Source: a virus (lineage: Duplodnaviria > Caudoviricetes). From it: a stretch of 33,256 nt of DNA. The stretch spans positions 1-33,256 of the IMG/VR virus record IMGVR_UViG_3300024247_000672; one strand, given 5' to 3'. Shown here piece after piece: positions 8,624 to 17,102 of this stretch; the first letter of the stretch is position 1, and every line of letters starts with the position of its first letter. The notes beneath the pieces are model-generated. The model made no database searches and was not told where the DNA came from. It worked only from the letters and a program-made list of their open reading frames with translations. Both the position numbers and the translations under genes were made by a program.

Positions 8624-9058
8624 TTAATTTCGTTGCATGTTTAAAGCAGGTATATCGCCTACTTTATTAAAATAATCATGAAGCATAGCTTCTTCCAATC
8701 CTTTCTGGTAATTAATATAAAAAGAATAATCCAATAAACAAACTTTTTGTTTAGGAGTTTTAAAAGCATATATATCAACTGATTTATATTCCTCTTTAAT
8801 CTTTTTCCTAATTCTTATATTCCCTGAGTTGGAGATACATTTGTATTGAGTATTAATTCTGTGGTAGATATTAGCTGATTGGCCTATTTTCAAAACCTTA
8901 TCATCGTTAGAGCATATTAAATATACCCCAGGGTATTTATTCCAATCCTCTTTTTCTACTTCAAAATTTACATCTACACCTTGCTTAAGTCTATCGCTAG
9001 AAAAGATAGAGCCAATTTTTATAAAACCTTTTTGCTTCCAGTATTCTACTGTTTTCAT
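8624..9058 (-). CDS. GIY-YIG nuclease, T4 endonuclease II (DenA)-like
   Basis: GVYLI...LKIGQS...R, V..YA, LEE, P..N.Q; 144 aa with no extra DNA-binding module. Confidence 0.75.
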   Translation of the reverse strand: MKTVEYWKQKGFIKIGSIFSSDRLKQGVDVNFEVEKEDWNKYPGVYLICSNDDKVLKIGQSANIYHRINTQYKCISNSGNIRIRKKIKEEYKSVDIYAFKTPKQKVCLLDYSFYINYQKGLEEAMLHDYFNKVGDIPALNMQRN

Positions 9059-9076
9059 ATAACCTTATTTATAATT

Positions 9077-9110
9077 AAATATAAGAAAAAAGTTGCAATT
9101 AAGCAACTTC
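9077..9110 (-). promoter_or_regulatory. Class A promoter overlapping a terminator-like hairpin
   Basis: GTTG...TTCTTATATTT; AAGTTGC-TTAATT-GCAACTT hairpin followed by Ts. Confidence 0.55.
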
Positions 9111-9114
9111 TCTC

Positions 9115-9372
9115 CTAGTATTCTCCATAAAGATCAAACTTTTCTGGTATCGGTTCTTCTATGGTTACCTCTTCTGTCTTTATTGCATATAACTTTCCAT
9201 TCAAAGGTTCTAATCTATAGTGGCCTTTAAATTTAGTCTTTCTCATATACTGAGTAAGGGTAGGTACTAAGCCATCAATAAGGGTTTCCTTATCAATGAC
9301 TAGTTCCCATTTATCTCCTGGAGGTATTCTTTCTGCTATAAGCTCGTTATGCTCTACTATTTCTTTTTGCAT
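9115..9372 (-). CDS. Hypothetical protein
   Basis: ORF in the operon with typical gene overlap. Confidence 0.65.
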   Translation of the reverse strand: MQKEIVEHNELIAERIPPGDKWELVIDKETLIDGLVPTLTQYMRKTKFKGHYRLEPLNGKLYAIKTEEVTIEEPIPEKFDLYGEY

Positions 9373-9613
9373 CAAAATATTCTTTTAAGAATTCTTTTCT
9401 ATATAACATCACTTTACCTGTATACGCTTTGTTGCTAACCTCTCGTACAGCTGTTGGTTCTTTTTCTCTTAATGCTGTTTTATATACGTCTTTTCCTAGC
9501 TCAGGACCTGCTTTTTGTCCTAAGTAATCAAAAAGTGAAAATGTTGCATCTAGTACTGATTTACCCTCAAATTTTAAACTAGCAAGTTCTTCCTGTAATT
9601 TTATATTTTCCAT
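9347..9613 (-). CDS. Hypothetical protein
   Basis: 88-aa ORF abutting queF. Confidence 0.7.
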   Translation of the reverse strand: MENIKLQEELASLKFEGKSVLDATFSLFDYLGQKAGPELGKDVYKTALREKEPTAVREVSNKAYTGKVMLYRKEFLKEYFDAKRNSRA

Positions 9614-9614
9614 A

Positions 9615-10526
9615 TTACTGTCTTAAAGTTTTTTCTATTCTATAATCTGTATTTGTAAAGAAGTCTGGTATTAAACTTTGATGAGTTGCTCTTATAGGAT
9701 TAATATCTAATCCACCTCTTCTAGTATATAGACATGATACCATTAACTGTTCCGGCTTATAAGCATCCATTAAGTGTTTAAACACCATTTCACAAATCTC
9801 TTCATGGAAATGACTTACAGTCCTATGACTAACAATATATTTAGCAAGTGCATCTGCTGCAGGAATATCTCTTCCTTTAATTTTAATAAATACATCTCCC
9901 CAATCTGGCTGGTTAGTTACCCTACAGTTAGATCTAAGTAAGTTAGATTTTAACTTAATCTCTATAGGTTCATCAACTCTATCTTCTATTAATAGTTGAG
10001 AAGAATCTGATTTATATTGTATAAAATCTATTTGATCTAAATCTACTATGTCTCCAAGATCTGAGTAGCCTTCAAATGATATAGCTTTACCTTCATCTGA
10101 AGACTCATAAAAGGAAACTGTAGTACTAGTTTCTAGTAACTCATCTAAATCTCTTTTTACTCTAGCTTCTATAACTGCCATACAGTCTGCTGAGTTATCT
10201 CCTATATGGGTCATATTAAATGAGTTGAGATATAATTTAATTGACTTCGATTCTACGTGGTATTCACTATCCGAAGGACATACAATTTTTAACATACCTG
10301 AAACCGGTAATCCTTTAGAAGTAATTGCTGATACTTCATAACAATTCCAAGTATCTACTCCTACAAAGCTTTCAGATGTAAGTCCGTAACCTTCTCTATT
10401 TAAGTACCTAGGTACTTTTACTAATAATTCAGGAGAGTAAGTATCCTTATAACCATCTCCTCCTACTTTTCCTAAATGCTTAGAAGCAATATCAACTACT
10501 TCTTGATAATTTTTAACGTCTGCCAT
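9615..10526 (-). CDS. queF: NADPH-dependent preQ0 reductase QueF (bimodular, E. coli type)
   Basis: VESKSIKLYLNSF QueF motif, SNCRVTNQPDWG catalytic Cys/Asp, FHEE, YTRRGGLDINP. Confidence 0.95.
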   Translation of the reverse strand: MADVKNYQEVVDIASKHLGKVGGDGYKDTYSPELLVKVPRYLNREGYGLTSESFVGVDTWNCYEVSAITSKGLPVSGMLKIVCPSDSEYHVESKSIKLYLNSFNMTHIGDNSADCMAVIEARVKRDLDELLETSTTVSFYESSDEGKAISFEGYSDLGDIVDLDQIDFIQYKSDSSQLLIEDRVDEPIEIKLKSNLLRSNCRVTNQPDWGDVFIKIKGRDIPAADALAKYIVSHRTVSHFHEEICEMVFKHLMDAYKPEQLMVSCLYTRRGGLDINPIRATHQSLIPDFFTNTDYRIEKTLRQ

Positions 10527-10530
10527 AATT

Positions 10531-11049
10531 TTAATTAATATATTCTAATATTTGTTCAACTCTCTGCAATGGTGACCCTGTTACAGTTAGGTAGGGTTTT
10601 CTTACTCCATCAAGAAGTAATTTAAATTCTTTATCAATCTTTACTCTCCACTCTTCATTAACGCTCCTTACTCCGTCGTCAACCGATTTAAATTCAATAG
10701 GAAAGTAAATATAATGTGTATATTGTTTTTTAACTCTATTCCAAGTATCTTCAATATACGAGTGACTTGGAGCATCTATACCTGGCATAAAATTAGAATA
10801 TACCATTAGGTCCATATAACATCTATCAAGTAGTAAGTCTCCTGGACGTAGTAAAGCTTCTAAATGAAAGCTACTAATAGCAAGCTGAGTTTTTGAAGTG
10901 CCTTTCTCGTTAATAGGAAATCCATACTCTGCTACTGATCTAGTCGATTCATTTATGAACTCGTATTTAGGTAGTTTATTTTTAAGTAATTCGTAAACCG
11001 TAGTCTTACCCGTACTACTTGCTCCTACTAATGCAACTCTATTTACCAT
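10531..11049 (-). CDS. P-loop nucleoside monophosphate kinase (AAA_28/NadR/TMK-like)
   Basis: VALVGASSTGKTT Walker A; LLLDRCYMD. Confidence 0.8.
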   Translation of the reverse strand: MVNRVALVGASSTGKTTVYELLKNKLPKYEFINESTRSVAEYGFPINEKGTSKTQLAISSFHLEALLRPGDLLLDRCYMDLMVYSNFMPGIDAPSHSYIEDTWNRVKKQYTHYIYFPIEFKSVDDGVRSVNEEWRVKIDKEFKLLLDGVRKPYLTVTGSPLQRVEQILEYIN

Positions 11050-11071
11050 AAAACCTTTTATTATTTATATA

Positions 11072-11082
11072 TAATATACGAA
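11072..11082 (-). promoter_or_regulatory. Promoter motif class A
   Basis: GTTG...TTCGTATATTA upstream of the kinase-queF unit. Confidence 0.6.
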
Positions 11083-11090
11083 ATTATAAA

Positions 11091-11633
11091 TTACTTTCCA
11101 ACTACTTTATTAAGAAAATCTACCCAAAGAAATAGAGATCTATCCCTAGTTACCTTCCACATCTCTTCTTCCGTAATATTGAAAGCATTAAATCTTTCCT
11201 CTGCTAGTATTTTACCTTCGTCTACTCCTGCATCTACTTTATGGAGTACGCATCCCATAACTGGGTATTTACCTTCAAATGCTCTAATCTGTGGATCTTT
11301 ACCTTTAAGTTCCGGATACACTGTAATAAGTCCTGGATGTCCATTAAATATGCTGTACTTTTCACATATAGAAGGAGGCATAATTCTTAACCATCCGTGT
11401 AGTGTTATTATAGGATCCTTATAGAAACCTATAACTTCTTCATAATCCTCTACTAGGGGCTTATTTATTGTTGTTGCTAATAAATTCTGTTCTAGTAAAT
11501 CGCTATTAATCTTCCTAATATTTGAAGGCCTTTCGTTAGTTATTATAGCATCAGGCCAGTAGCCTAATGCATTAGCTATGTCCACTATTTCCGAACCAGT
11601 TTGACTGAAGAATGCTATCCAGGGTTTTCTCAT
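11091..11633 (-). CDS. dpdN: PurN-like formyltransferase, putative dPreQ1 formyltransferase DpdN
   Basis: FSQTGS, LHGWLRI, NGHPG, GCVLHKVDAGVDEGKIL (GAR transformylase fold); located between dpdA and queF. Confidence 0.75.
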   Translation of the reverse strand: MRKPWIAFFSQTGSEIVDIANALGYWPDAIITNERPSNIRKINSDLLEQNLLATTINKPLVEDYEEVIGFYKDPIITLHGWLRIMPPSICEKYSIFNGHPGLITVYPELKGKDPQIRAFEGKYPVMGCVLHKVDAGVDEGKILAEERFNAFNITEEEMWKVTRDRSLFLWVDFLNKVVGK

Positions 11634-11821
11634 TTTATTATATTTTCTATACCTTCGTAAGAAACAGGGTACAGGTGTCTTCCACTTCTTATACTATATT
11701 TAGTATTAAAATTAGAGAAGTTCACATTACCTTCGCTTATTGTTTCTATCACTCCTACTTCTACTTGGCCAATAAAACTAAATTTTACTTTATCTCCTAC
11801 CTTATACTGCTCTCTTTCCAT
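11630..11821 (-). CDS. Small hypothetical protein (SH3-like, YKVGDKV)
   Basis: 63-aa ORF overlapping both neighbours. Confidence 0.6.
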   Translation of the reverse strand: MEREQYKVGDKVKFSFIGQVEVGVIETISEGNVNFSNFNTKYSIRSGRHLYPVSYEGIENIIK

Positions 11822-12602
11822 TTGTAAGCCATTTAAATTTATGAATATTATTTAAAATCAAATTCGTATCTTCCACTTCAAAATTAATAAGCTCATGAAG
11901 CTTTTGTCTTTCTTTTGAGAATAATCCATCTGAACCGTATGGTATACCTTTAATGCCATGTACGACAGGATTACTAGTATCTAGAGAATAAATCCAAGGG
12001 TATTGAGAATAGTATGAAAACTCTTGAGGTAAGCCACAGCCTAGTAAGTGATGAGGTTTATTTTCATTTATAATACCGTCTCTTACTAAATCTCCTAGTA
12101 GCTTAATACGTCCTAGCATCCAACTAACGTACTTGTTAGGATGAGGTATAGAATCGGTATAATACGAATAATCAAAAGATATTGCGATCATATCTACATC
12201 GGCAATTTTATCCATATATTCGTAACATGCTACTATCTGCTTGTATGTCTTACCCTGTACTACACCTATCTTTTTACCGTACACTGATTTTGAATAGTGC
12301 ATATTCCAGCTAGCCATCTGACTCATAGTTTTCTTAGTATCTTCTAATGCATCAGGTACTATGTACCAAGTTGGCCTTAACTCATTAATCCAGTTTGCAA
12401 ACTTATCAGCATCAAATGCTTCTTCTAATTCAAAAATAGAGTTATCTAATATAACTTCTCTACCTTTTTTAACTGCTTCTTTAAACTGGTCTAAGTACTC
12501 TTCATCTTCTTCTAATAAATGTACTAATGCGTAATCATAGTCTGTGTACTTCTGTACATCGTTAAAAATACTTTTAGGACTTTCATGAGCTATTTTAATC
12601 AT
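11802..12602 (-). CDS. dpdA: TGT-fold 7-deazaguanine transglycosylase (DpdA, probably DpdA3-type)
   Basis: ILDNSIFE, IVPD, GVVQG, HHLLG, SLDTSNP match TGT barrel motifs; lies in the que cluster; subfamily is inferred. Confidence 0.8.
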   Translation of the reverse strand: MIKIAHESPKSIFNDVQKYTDYDYALVHLLEEDEEYLDQFKEAVKKGREVILDNSIFELEEAFDADKFANWINELRPTWYIVPDALEDTKKTMSQMASWNMHYSKSVYGKKIGVVQGKTYKQIVACYEYMDKIADVDMIAISFDYSYYTDSIPHPNKYVSWMLGRIKLLGDLVRDGIINENKPHHLLGCGLPQEFSYYSQYPWIYSLDTSNPVVHGIKGIPYGSDGLFSKERQKLHELINFEVEDTNLILNNIHKFKWLTNGKRAV

Positions 12603-12783
12603 CTAATTTTATATCGTTTATTGAGTTACGTAATTCTGCCATTGCTTTTTCAAACTCCTCTGCATACTTTTCTACTTCTGGAGTACTTGCTTCTTTAACT
12701 GCTTTAATTGCTATAGATAGAGGAACCATATCCATTTTATGGCTATCTACATATATTATATGATCCTCTAACTTAATTGGCAT
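12595..12783 (-). CDS. Hypothetical protein
   Basis: 62-aa ORF coupled to neighbours. Confidence 0.6.
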   Translation of the reverse strand: MPIKLEDHIIYVDSHKMDMVPLSIAIKAVKEASTPEVEKYAEEFEKAMAELRNSINDIKLDD

Positions 12784-13300
12784 TAAACAACTTTTTTAGG
12801 TTCGGTCTAAAGTAGTTGATAGACTTCATTACTTTTTTGTCCCTAGATCTATAAACGACGTATCTACTATTAACCTTTTCATAATGACACGGCTCACCCT
12901 GTTCTTTAGCTCGTAAGGTGACAGTCTGTAAGGCTTCTTCCTCAGTAGTGCAAGATTTTGACATATTACTGTCTTGTACCTCTTGATACGCTGGCCATAT
13001 CTGATCCTTAAGGCCGTGTAGCATAACACCGTTCCCAAGGGACACATAAGTAATATCGCACAAAGCATCCAAAACTTCCACGATGTCTCCGTTTTCGCAA
13101 GCTTGTCTATATTCCTCCAATTCTTCGAGTATAAAGTCGTAAACGAATTGCCATTCTTTTTTTTCTGGGATTGTTGGTCCATAGTTGTTCGGTTTTCCAA
13201 AAGTAGTATTAAATGTTTCTACTTCGCTAACAAAAGGTACATAGTCTTTTTCAGACATAGCATCTAATATAGGGAATAATGTTAATTGCTTTCCTTTCAT
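12773..13300 (-). CDS. MazG-like / PRA-PH family NTP pyrophosphohydrolase
   Basis: ILEELEEY, EVLDALCDITYV, EVQDSNMSK. Confidence 0.85.
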   Translation of the reverse strand: MKGKQLTLFPILDAMSEKDYVPFVSEVETFNTTFGKPNNYGPTIPEKKEWQFVYDFILEELEEYRQACENGDIVEVLDALCDITYVSLGNGVMLHGLKDQIWPAYQEVQDSNMSKSCTTEEEALQTVTLRAKEQGEPCHYEKVNSRYVVYRSRDKKVMKSINYFRPNLKKLFNAN

Positions 13301-13301
13301 T

Positions 13302-13505
13302 TTAGTATACTTTTATAATTCTTGATTCTGCAAGGCTAATAATCTTAAAGTTCGTTTCACTTAACTCTTCTAGCATCTTATATGTTTTAGCTTCTGCTTC
13401 TGTTCCTGTCATTGCATCTACTAGGTATATTTCTTTTACTTTCTGTACTCTTCCTCTATCGTTTTCTCTTTCGAATTGAGTAGTAACTTGCCAATAGTTT
13501 GTCAT
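13302..13505 (-). CDS. DUF4494-like protein
   Basis: G..QKVKE.YLVDA.T.TEAEA pattern of the Bacteroidota DUF4494 family. Confidence 0.7.
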   Translation of the reverse strand: MTNYWQVTTQFERENDRGRVQKVKEIYLVDAMTGTEAEAKTYKMLEELSETNFKIISLAESRIIKVY

Positions 13506-13520
13506 AATTTAATTTATTTA

Positions 13521-14234
13521 TTAATGTTTACAAATACTTGCTAATTCTATATTTTTATAGAACTCTGCTTTTGCTGAGTCTTCGTTAAGAAATGCTCCTG
13601 TTAATTTCGCTGTTTGCATAGATGCTCCTCTATGTTTAACTCCTCTACATGATACACAAGCATGAGTTGCATTAATCTGTACTGCTACTCCTAGATTTCC
13701 TTCACATATCTTATCTACAGCATTATGAATAGCTACAGTTAACTGTTCCTGTATAGCTCCTCTTCTACCGAATTGCTCTACTATTCTATTTAACTTAGAT
13801 AACCCTACTACTTTACCGTCTTCTGAGGCTATATAGGCAATACTGACTGTACCGCTAATGGCTTGATGGTGGTGTGAACACATAGAGGTTACAGGTATAT
13901 TACTTTCCTGTACAATACCATCGTATCCATCTGATGGGAATGCTGTAATTCTGTCTAAAGGATTATACCTTCCTGCCCATAGGTCGTTTACGTAAGCTTT
14001 AGCTACTCTAAATGGAGTATCTGATGAGTTAGGATCTTCTTTATAGTCACAGCCTAGAGCGGTTAAAAAATCTGCATAAGCTTTTGCTGCTCTTTCTATA
14101 ATTACTTTCTTTTCATGTTCAGTTAACCTAGCTTCAGGTCCTTCTAATTCTTGCTTTGCAGCTAATTGACTTGATATACCATTTGCATATCCTGCTTTTA
14201 CTAATTCTGTTCCGTCTATAAACTTTTTAGGCAT
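13521..14234 (-). CDS. folE: GTP cyclohydrolase I
   Basis: DTPFRVAK, SMCSHH, VGLSKLNR, IQEQLT, HACVSCRGV; start moved to ATG 14234 because the upstream 12 codons overlap a riboswitch-like leader. Confidence 0.96.
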   Translation of the reverse strand: MPKKFIDGTELVKAGYANGISSQLAAKQELEGPEARLTEHEKKVIIERAAKAYADFLTALGCDYKEDPNSSDTPFRVAKAYVNDLWAGRYNPLDRITAFPSDGYDGIVQESNIPVTSMCSHHHQAISGTVSIAYIASEDGKVVGLSKLNRIVEQFGRRGAIQEQLTVAIHNAVDKICEGNLGVAVQINATHACVSCRGVKHRGASMQTAKLTGAFLNEDSAKAEFYKNIELASICKH

Positions 14235-14242
14235 AAATTTTA

Positions 14243-14269
14243 ATTGTTTTTTTGAGGTTCTACGACTCA
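14243..14269 (-). ncRNA. preQ1-I riboswitch-like aptamer in the folE leader
   Basis: UGAG-UCGUAGAAC-CUCA-AAAAAA-CAAU: P1 stem, U...AG..C loop, A-rich tail ending in C. Confidence 0.7.
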
Positions 14270-14281
14270 TTAATATAATAA

Positions 14282-14292
14282 TAATATAAGTA
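14282..14292 (-). promoter_or_regulatory. Promoter motif class A upstream of the folE leader
   Basis: TTTG...TACTTATATTA. Confidence 0.55.
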
Positions 14293-14299
14293 ATTTATT

Positions 14300-14704
14300 T
14301 TAATTCTCCAAATAATTTTGAATAGTATTTGAATCTTTTTTCTCCCAAGGGTACACTATCCATCCAAAATCATCGTCTATTTCCTCTGCATAGTAGTCGG
14401 GTTTGAATACCGAAGTATTTTTATAATGTAGTGCTGCATACTTAGGAGTATCCAAGTCTTTTTCTAATTCCTTAAATGTTTTTCCTGTATCTGCTATATC
14501 ATCTATTATAAGCATATTAGGGTAGTGGTTACTCATATAGGGCATGTACTGTATGTCAAACCTATGTGAAAACATTATTGCTAATATCGTACCTCCTCTA
14601 GGTACACCTGTAACTAAGCTTACCTTTCCTTTACATTTATCGTATACTTTATCTAATAGTTCGTTAACCTCATCCCAGGTTATAAAGATTTTCTTTGTTT
14701 CCAT
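14300..14704 (-). CDS. Type I purine phosphoribosyltransferase (Gpt/XGPRT-like)
   Basis: ITWDE, GVPRGG, LIIDDIADTGKT (PRPP loop), WIVYPWE. Confidence 0.88.
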   Translation of the reverse strand: METKKIFITWDEVNELLDKVYDKCKGKVSLVTGVPRGGTILAIMFSHRFDIQYMPYMSNHYPNMLIIDDIADTGKTFKELEKDLDTPKYAALHYKNTSVFKPDYYAEEIDDDFGWIVYPWEKKDSNTIQNYLEN

Positions 14705-14706
14705 AA

Positions 14707-14877
14707 TTATGATACGTTAGTTGTCCATTTTTCACTATCAATAGTGTACCTAGTTGTTGTTCCGGAAATGCTCTTAACTTTATCTTTTAAGAACTGCCAC
14801 TGCTTTGGTGATACTGAATACGTATGTACTCCGTCCACATATCCTCTTATCCAGTCAATAAATTCTTTCTCTGTCAT
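14707..14877 (-). CDS. Small hypothetical protein (56 aa)
   Basis: Not in ORF track; MTEKEFIDWIRGYVDG...KQWQFLKDKV; fills the gap exactly. Confidence 0.7.
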   Translation of the reverse strand: MTEKEFIDWIRGYVDGVHTYSVSPKQWQFLKDKVKSISGTTTRYTIDSEKWTTNVS

Positions 14878-14879
14878 TT

Positions 14880-15461
14880 CTATTCTATTAAGTAATCAAT
14901 CCAATTTGTTCCTGATGTGTTGGTGTTAGGGAATCTAAATTTTAAGTTCTTATCACCGAATTTTATTGTCTTGATAAATTCTTTAGGTATTGCTGCTCCT
15001 GTTGGCACCCTTCTTACTTTATCGTCAAACAATACTTCTATTGTTACTTCAACTTGATAGAAATTAGCTAAACTTCTTTCGAACTGTTCTAATCTATTCC
15101 ATACCCCTCTATTCAAGCTTTCATGTTGAAGAACACAATTGAAATACATAAATGTTTCTCTTAACATCTCCTTAGTACAGCTAAATGCTGCTGCAGGTGC
15201 TAGATGACCTTTGTCCCATATGTTGTTTGAATAGTCTTCTGCTGTAGATGTTACTATATTAGGAACTGTTCTAAAGTCCATACCTGCTCTATCAGCATCC
15301 CCTTTAGGGCACTGTACTGTATAACTAACTTCAAGAGGTTGTTTTAAATCTTGATCATATAGTACTTTATAAATCTTTGTTTCAACTTCTATTACTTGAC
15401 TAACCCCGATAAAAGGTACTATTATTAGTAATGCGACAATACTAATTGTTCTTCTTCCCAT
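14880..15461 (-). CDS. DNA/RNA non-specific endonuclease (His-Me finger, NucA-like) with signal peptide
   Basis: WDKGHLAPAA, Q...LNRGVW..LE; hydrophobic N-terminus ending VS|Q. Confidence 0.88.
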   Translation of the reverse strand: MGRRTISIVALLIIVPFIGVSQVIEVETKIYKVLYDQDLKQPLEVSYTVQCPKGDADRAGMDFRTVPNIVTSTAEDYSNNIWDKGHLAPAAAFSCTKEMLRETFMYFNCVLQHESLNRGVWNRLEQFERSLANFYQVEVTIEVLFDDKVRRVPTGAAIPKEFIKTIKFGDKNLKFRFPNTNTSGTNWIDYLIE

Positions 15462-15724
15462 TTATAACTTTTTATTGTTTCTTGATCTGCTTCTGTTTTA
15501 AACTTTACTGAATCGAAAGGTATAAAGCTTTCAATTATATACTTTCTCAACTCTCTTAAAGTTACGTACTCTTCTTCTACCCCATCCCAAGGGTCTTCTG
15601 ATATAAGGAATACAGTGTGTACGTCCCCCATTTTATAATCCCAAACTGGGCTTCCTTCTATAGTAACCGTATGATCTAGTCTACCTGGACCTGCTGATTC
15701 TATTAATTCTTTTAAATTAACCAT
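15425..15724 (-). CDS. Hypothetical protein
   Basis: 99-aa acidic ORF in the operon. Confidence 0.65.
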   Translation of the reverse strand: MVNLKELIESAGPGRLDHTVTIEGSPVWDYKMGDVHTVFLISEDPWDGVEEEYVTLRELRKYIIESFIPFDSVKFKTEADQETIKSYKWEEEQLVLSHY

Positions 15725-15851
15725 TCTCTAAGTATTTTTTTAATTTATCACATAAAACCAAAACATCATCTGGTTCCATAGTAATTGCGCAACATGTATT
15801 AATGTTTTCTGCTATTGTTTCTAATATTTCTAATGCTTCTTCTTGATTCAC
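15717..15851 (-). CDS. Small hypothetical protein (44 aa, GTG start)
   Basis: Not in ORF track; MNQEEALEILETIAENINTCCAITMEPDDVLVLCDKLKKYLENG; overlaps the queE stop and the next start. Confidence 0.55.
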   Translation of the reverse strand: MNQEEALEILETIAENINTCCAITMEPDDVLVLCDKLKKYLENG

Positions 15852-16639
15852 TATACTTCACGTTGATCTTCGAATGCAATAATGTGCGGTCTCCAAGTCA
15901 TTCTGTAACCGTTATCTCTTACCCAATCGAATACTAATGGGTAGGATTTAAATAACCCTTCTCTAGAATCTCCAGCTGGCATAAACCATACTTTCTCTTG
16001 AGGTACATCCATAATCTTAATAAAATTAAGAATTTCTTCTAATGAACCTTTATCCTTACCGTCCCATACTGGCTTAATATGGTAATCTGAATGGTATGAT
16101 ATTGATTTAGATATAGCATCATAATTAAGTCTAAACTTATTATGTCTTTTTACCATTCTTTCGTCGGTAATGGATCCTTGAGGAGTTTCAACACCAACAA
16201 CGGGGACACTATTACTAAACTTAGGACTAATGCTAAGCAAATTAATAGGATAATCGGTAGGTAGAAAATGAGATCCCTCAGTTTCAATAGTAATGAATAT
16301 ATTGTTTTCATGTGCAAAGTGTGTTAATTCGTTTACTAGAGCAGGATGCATTGTTGGTGATCCACCGGTTAGCATCATTTCTTTTATATGAGGATTATCT
16401 TCATATGCTTTAATAATGTCTTTAAAATTAAAGTGTCCTTTTTCTGGATGTATACTTGTATACCAGCTATCACACCATCCTCCTTCTCCAAAGTAACATC
16501 TATGTGTACATCCTGTAGTTCTAATCACTACTGTTGGATAACCAGCTCTTGATCCTTCTGACTGTACTGCTGTATATATTTCTACGATAGGTAAATTTTT
16601 ATCGTAGTCTTCTATTCTTTTTAATTGTTTATGCGACAT
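15851..16639 (-). CDS. queE: 7-carboxy-7-deazaguanine synthase (radical SAM)
   Basis: EIYTAVQSEG..AG.P.V.IRTTGCTHRC...WCDS, LTGGSP, IETEG, SISPK. Confidence 0.93.
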   Translation of the reverse strand: MSHKQLKRIEDYDKNLPIVEIYTAVQSEGSRAGYPTVVIRTTGCTHRCYFGEGGWCDSWYTSIHPEKGHFNFKDIIKAYEDNPHIKEMMLTGGSPTMHPALVNELTHFAHENNIFITIETEGSHFLPTDYPINLLSISPKFSNSVPVVGVETPQGSITDERMVKRHNKFRLNYDAISKSISYHSDYHIKPVWDGKDKGSLEEILNFIKIMDVPQEKVWFMPAGDSREGLFKSYPLVFDWVRDNGYRMTWRPHIIAFEDQREV

Positions 16640-17093
16640 AAATTGCACTGTTTTTAGCGTGTTCTCTAAATTCTACTTTTGTTATCTTAACTCTTCCGTC
16701 AGTTTCTGCTTCGATAAATGGATTTATACTATCGTAAATAAATTTAGCAAAGCTCTCTGCTCCGGTAGCTGGAATAACTCGTACTTGAGCTACTTTAGCT
16801 AAATCCATTTGCATAAAAGATTCCTTAAATGGATCGTCTTCAGCTACTAAAAAGGTATGGTCAAACATATAATCCATCCATGCTTTAGGAGTCATCTTTT
16901 CTATAGTTCCTTTAGCTCTTTTCATTCCTCCGAAATCCCAGACCCAATTTCTCTCATCTAACTCCCCTTCAAACCATATCTTAAAAGATACTCCGTATCC
17001 GTGTAGTTTAGAGCAATGTGTTGTTGTTGCTTTCCATTGACGAAATACAGTAGAGTATCCGTCAAATACTTTTGTTGATTGAAATTTTCCCAT
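16629..17093 (-). CDS. queD: 6-carboxytetrahydropterin synthase
   Basis: HCSKLHGY, WVWDFG, FDH, AES.A, VEFRE. Confidence 0.92.
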   Translation of the reverse strand: MGKFQSTKVFDGYSTVFRQWKATTTHCSKLHGYGVSFKIWFEGELDERNWVWDFGGMKRAKGTIEKMTPKAWMDYMFDHTFLVAEDDPFKESFMQMDLAKVAQVRVIPATGAESFAKFIYDSINPFIEAETDGRVKITKVEFREHAKNSAIYVA

Positions 17094-17102
17094 AACTTTA
17101 AT

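Noticed and set aside
14235-14270. N-terminal extension MSRRTSKKQLKF of FolE in the ORF track
   Set aside because: It coincides with the preQ1-I-like aptamer just after the promoter; ATG 14234 with an A-rich upstream tract is the more plausible start.
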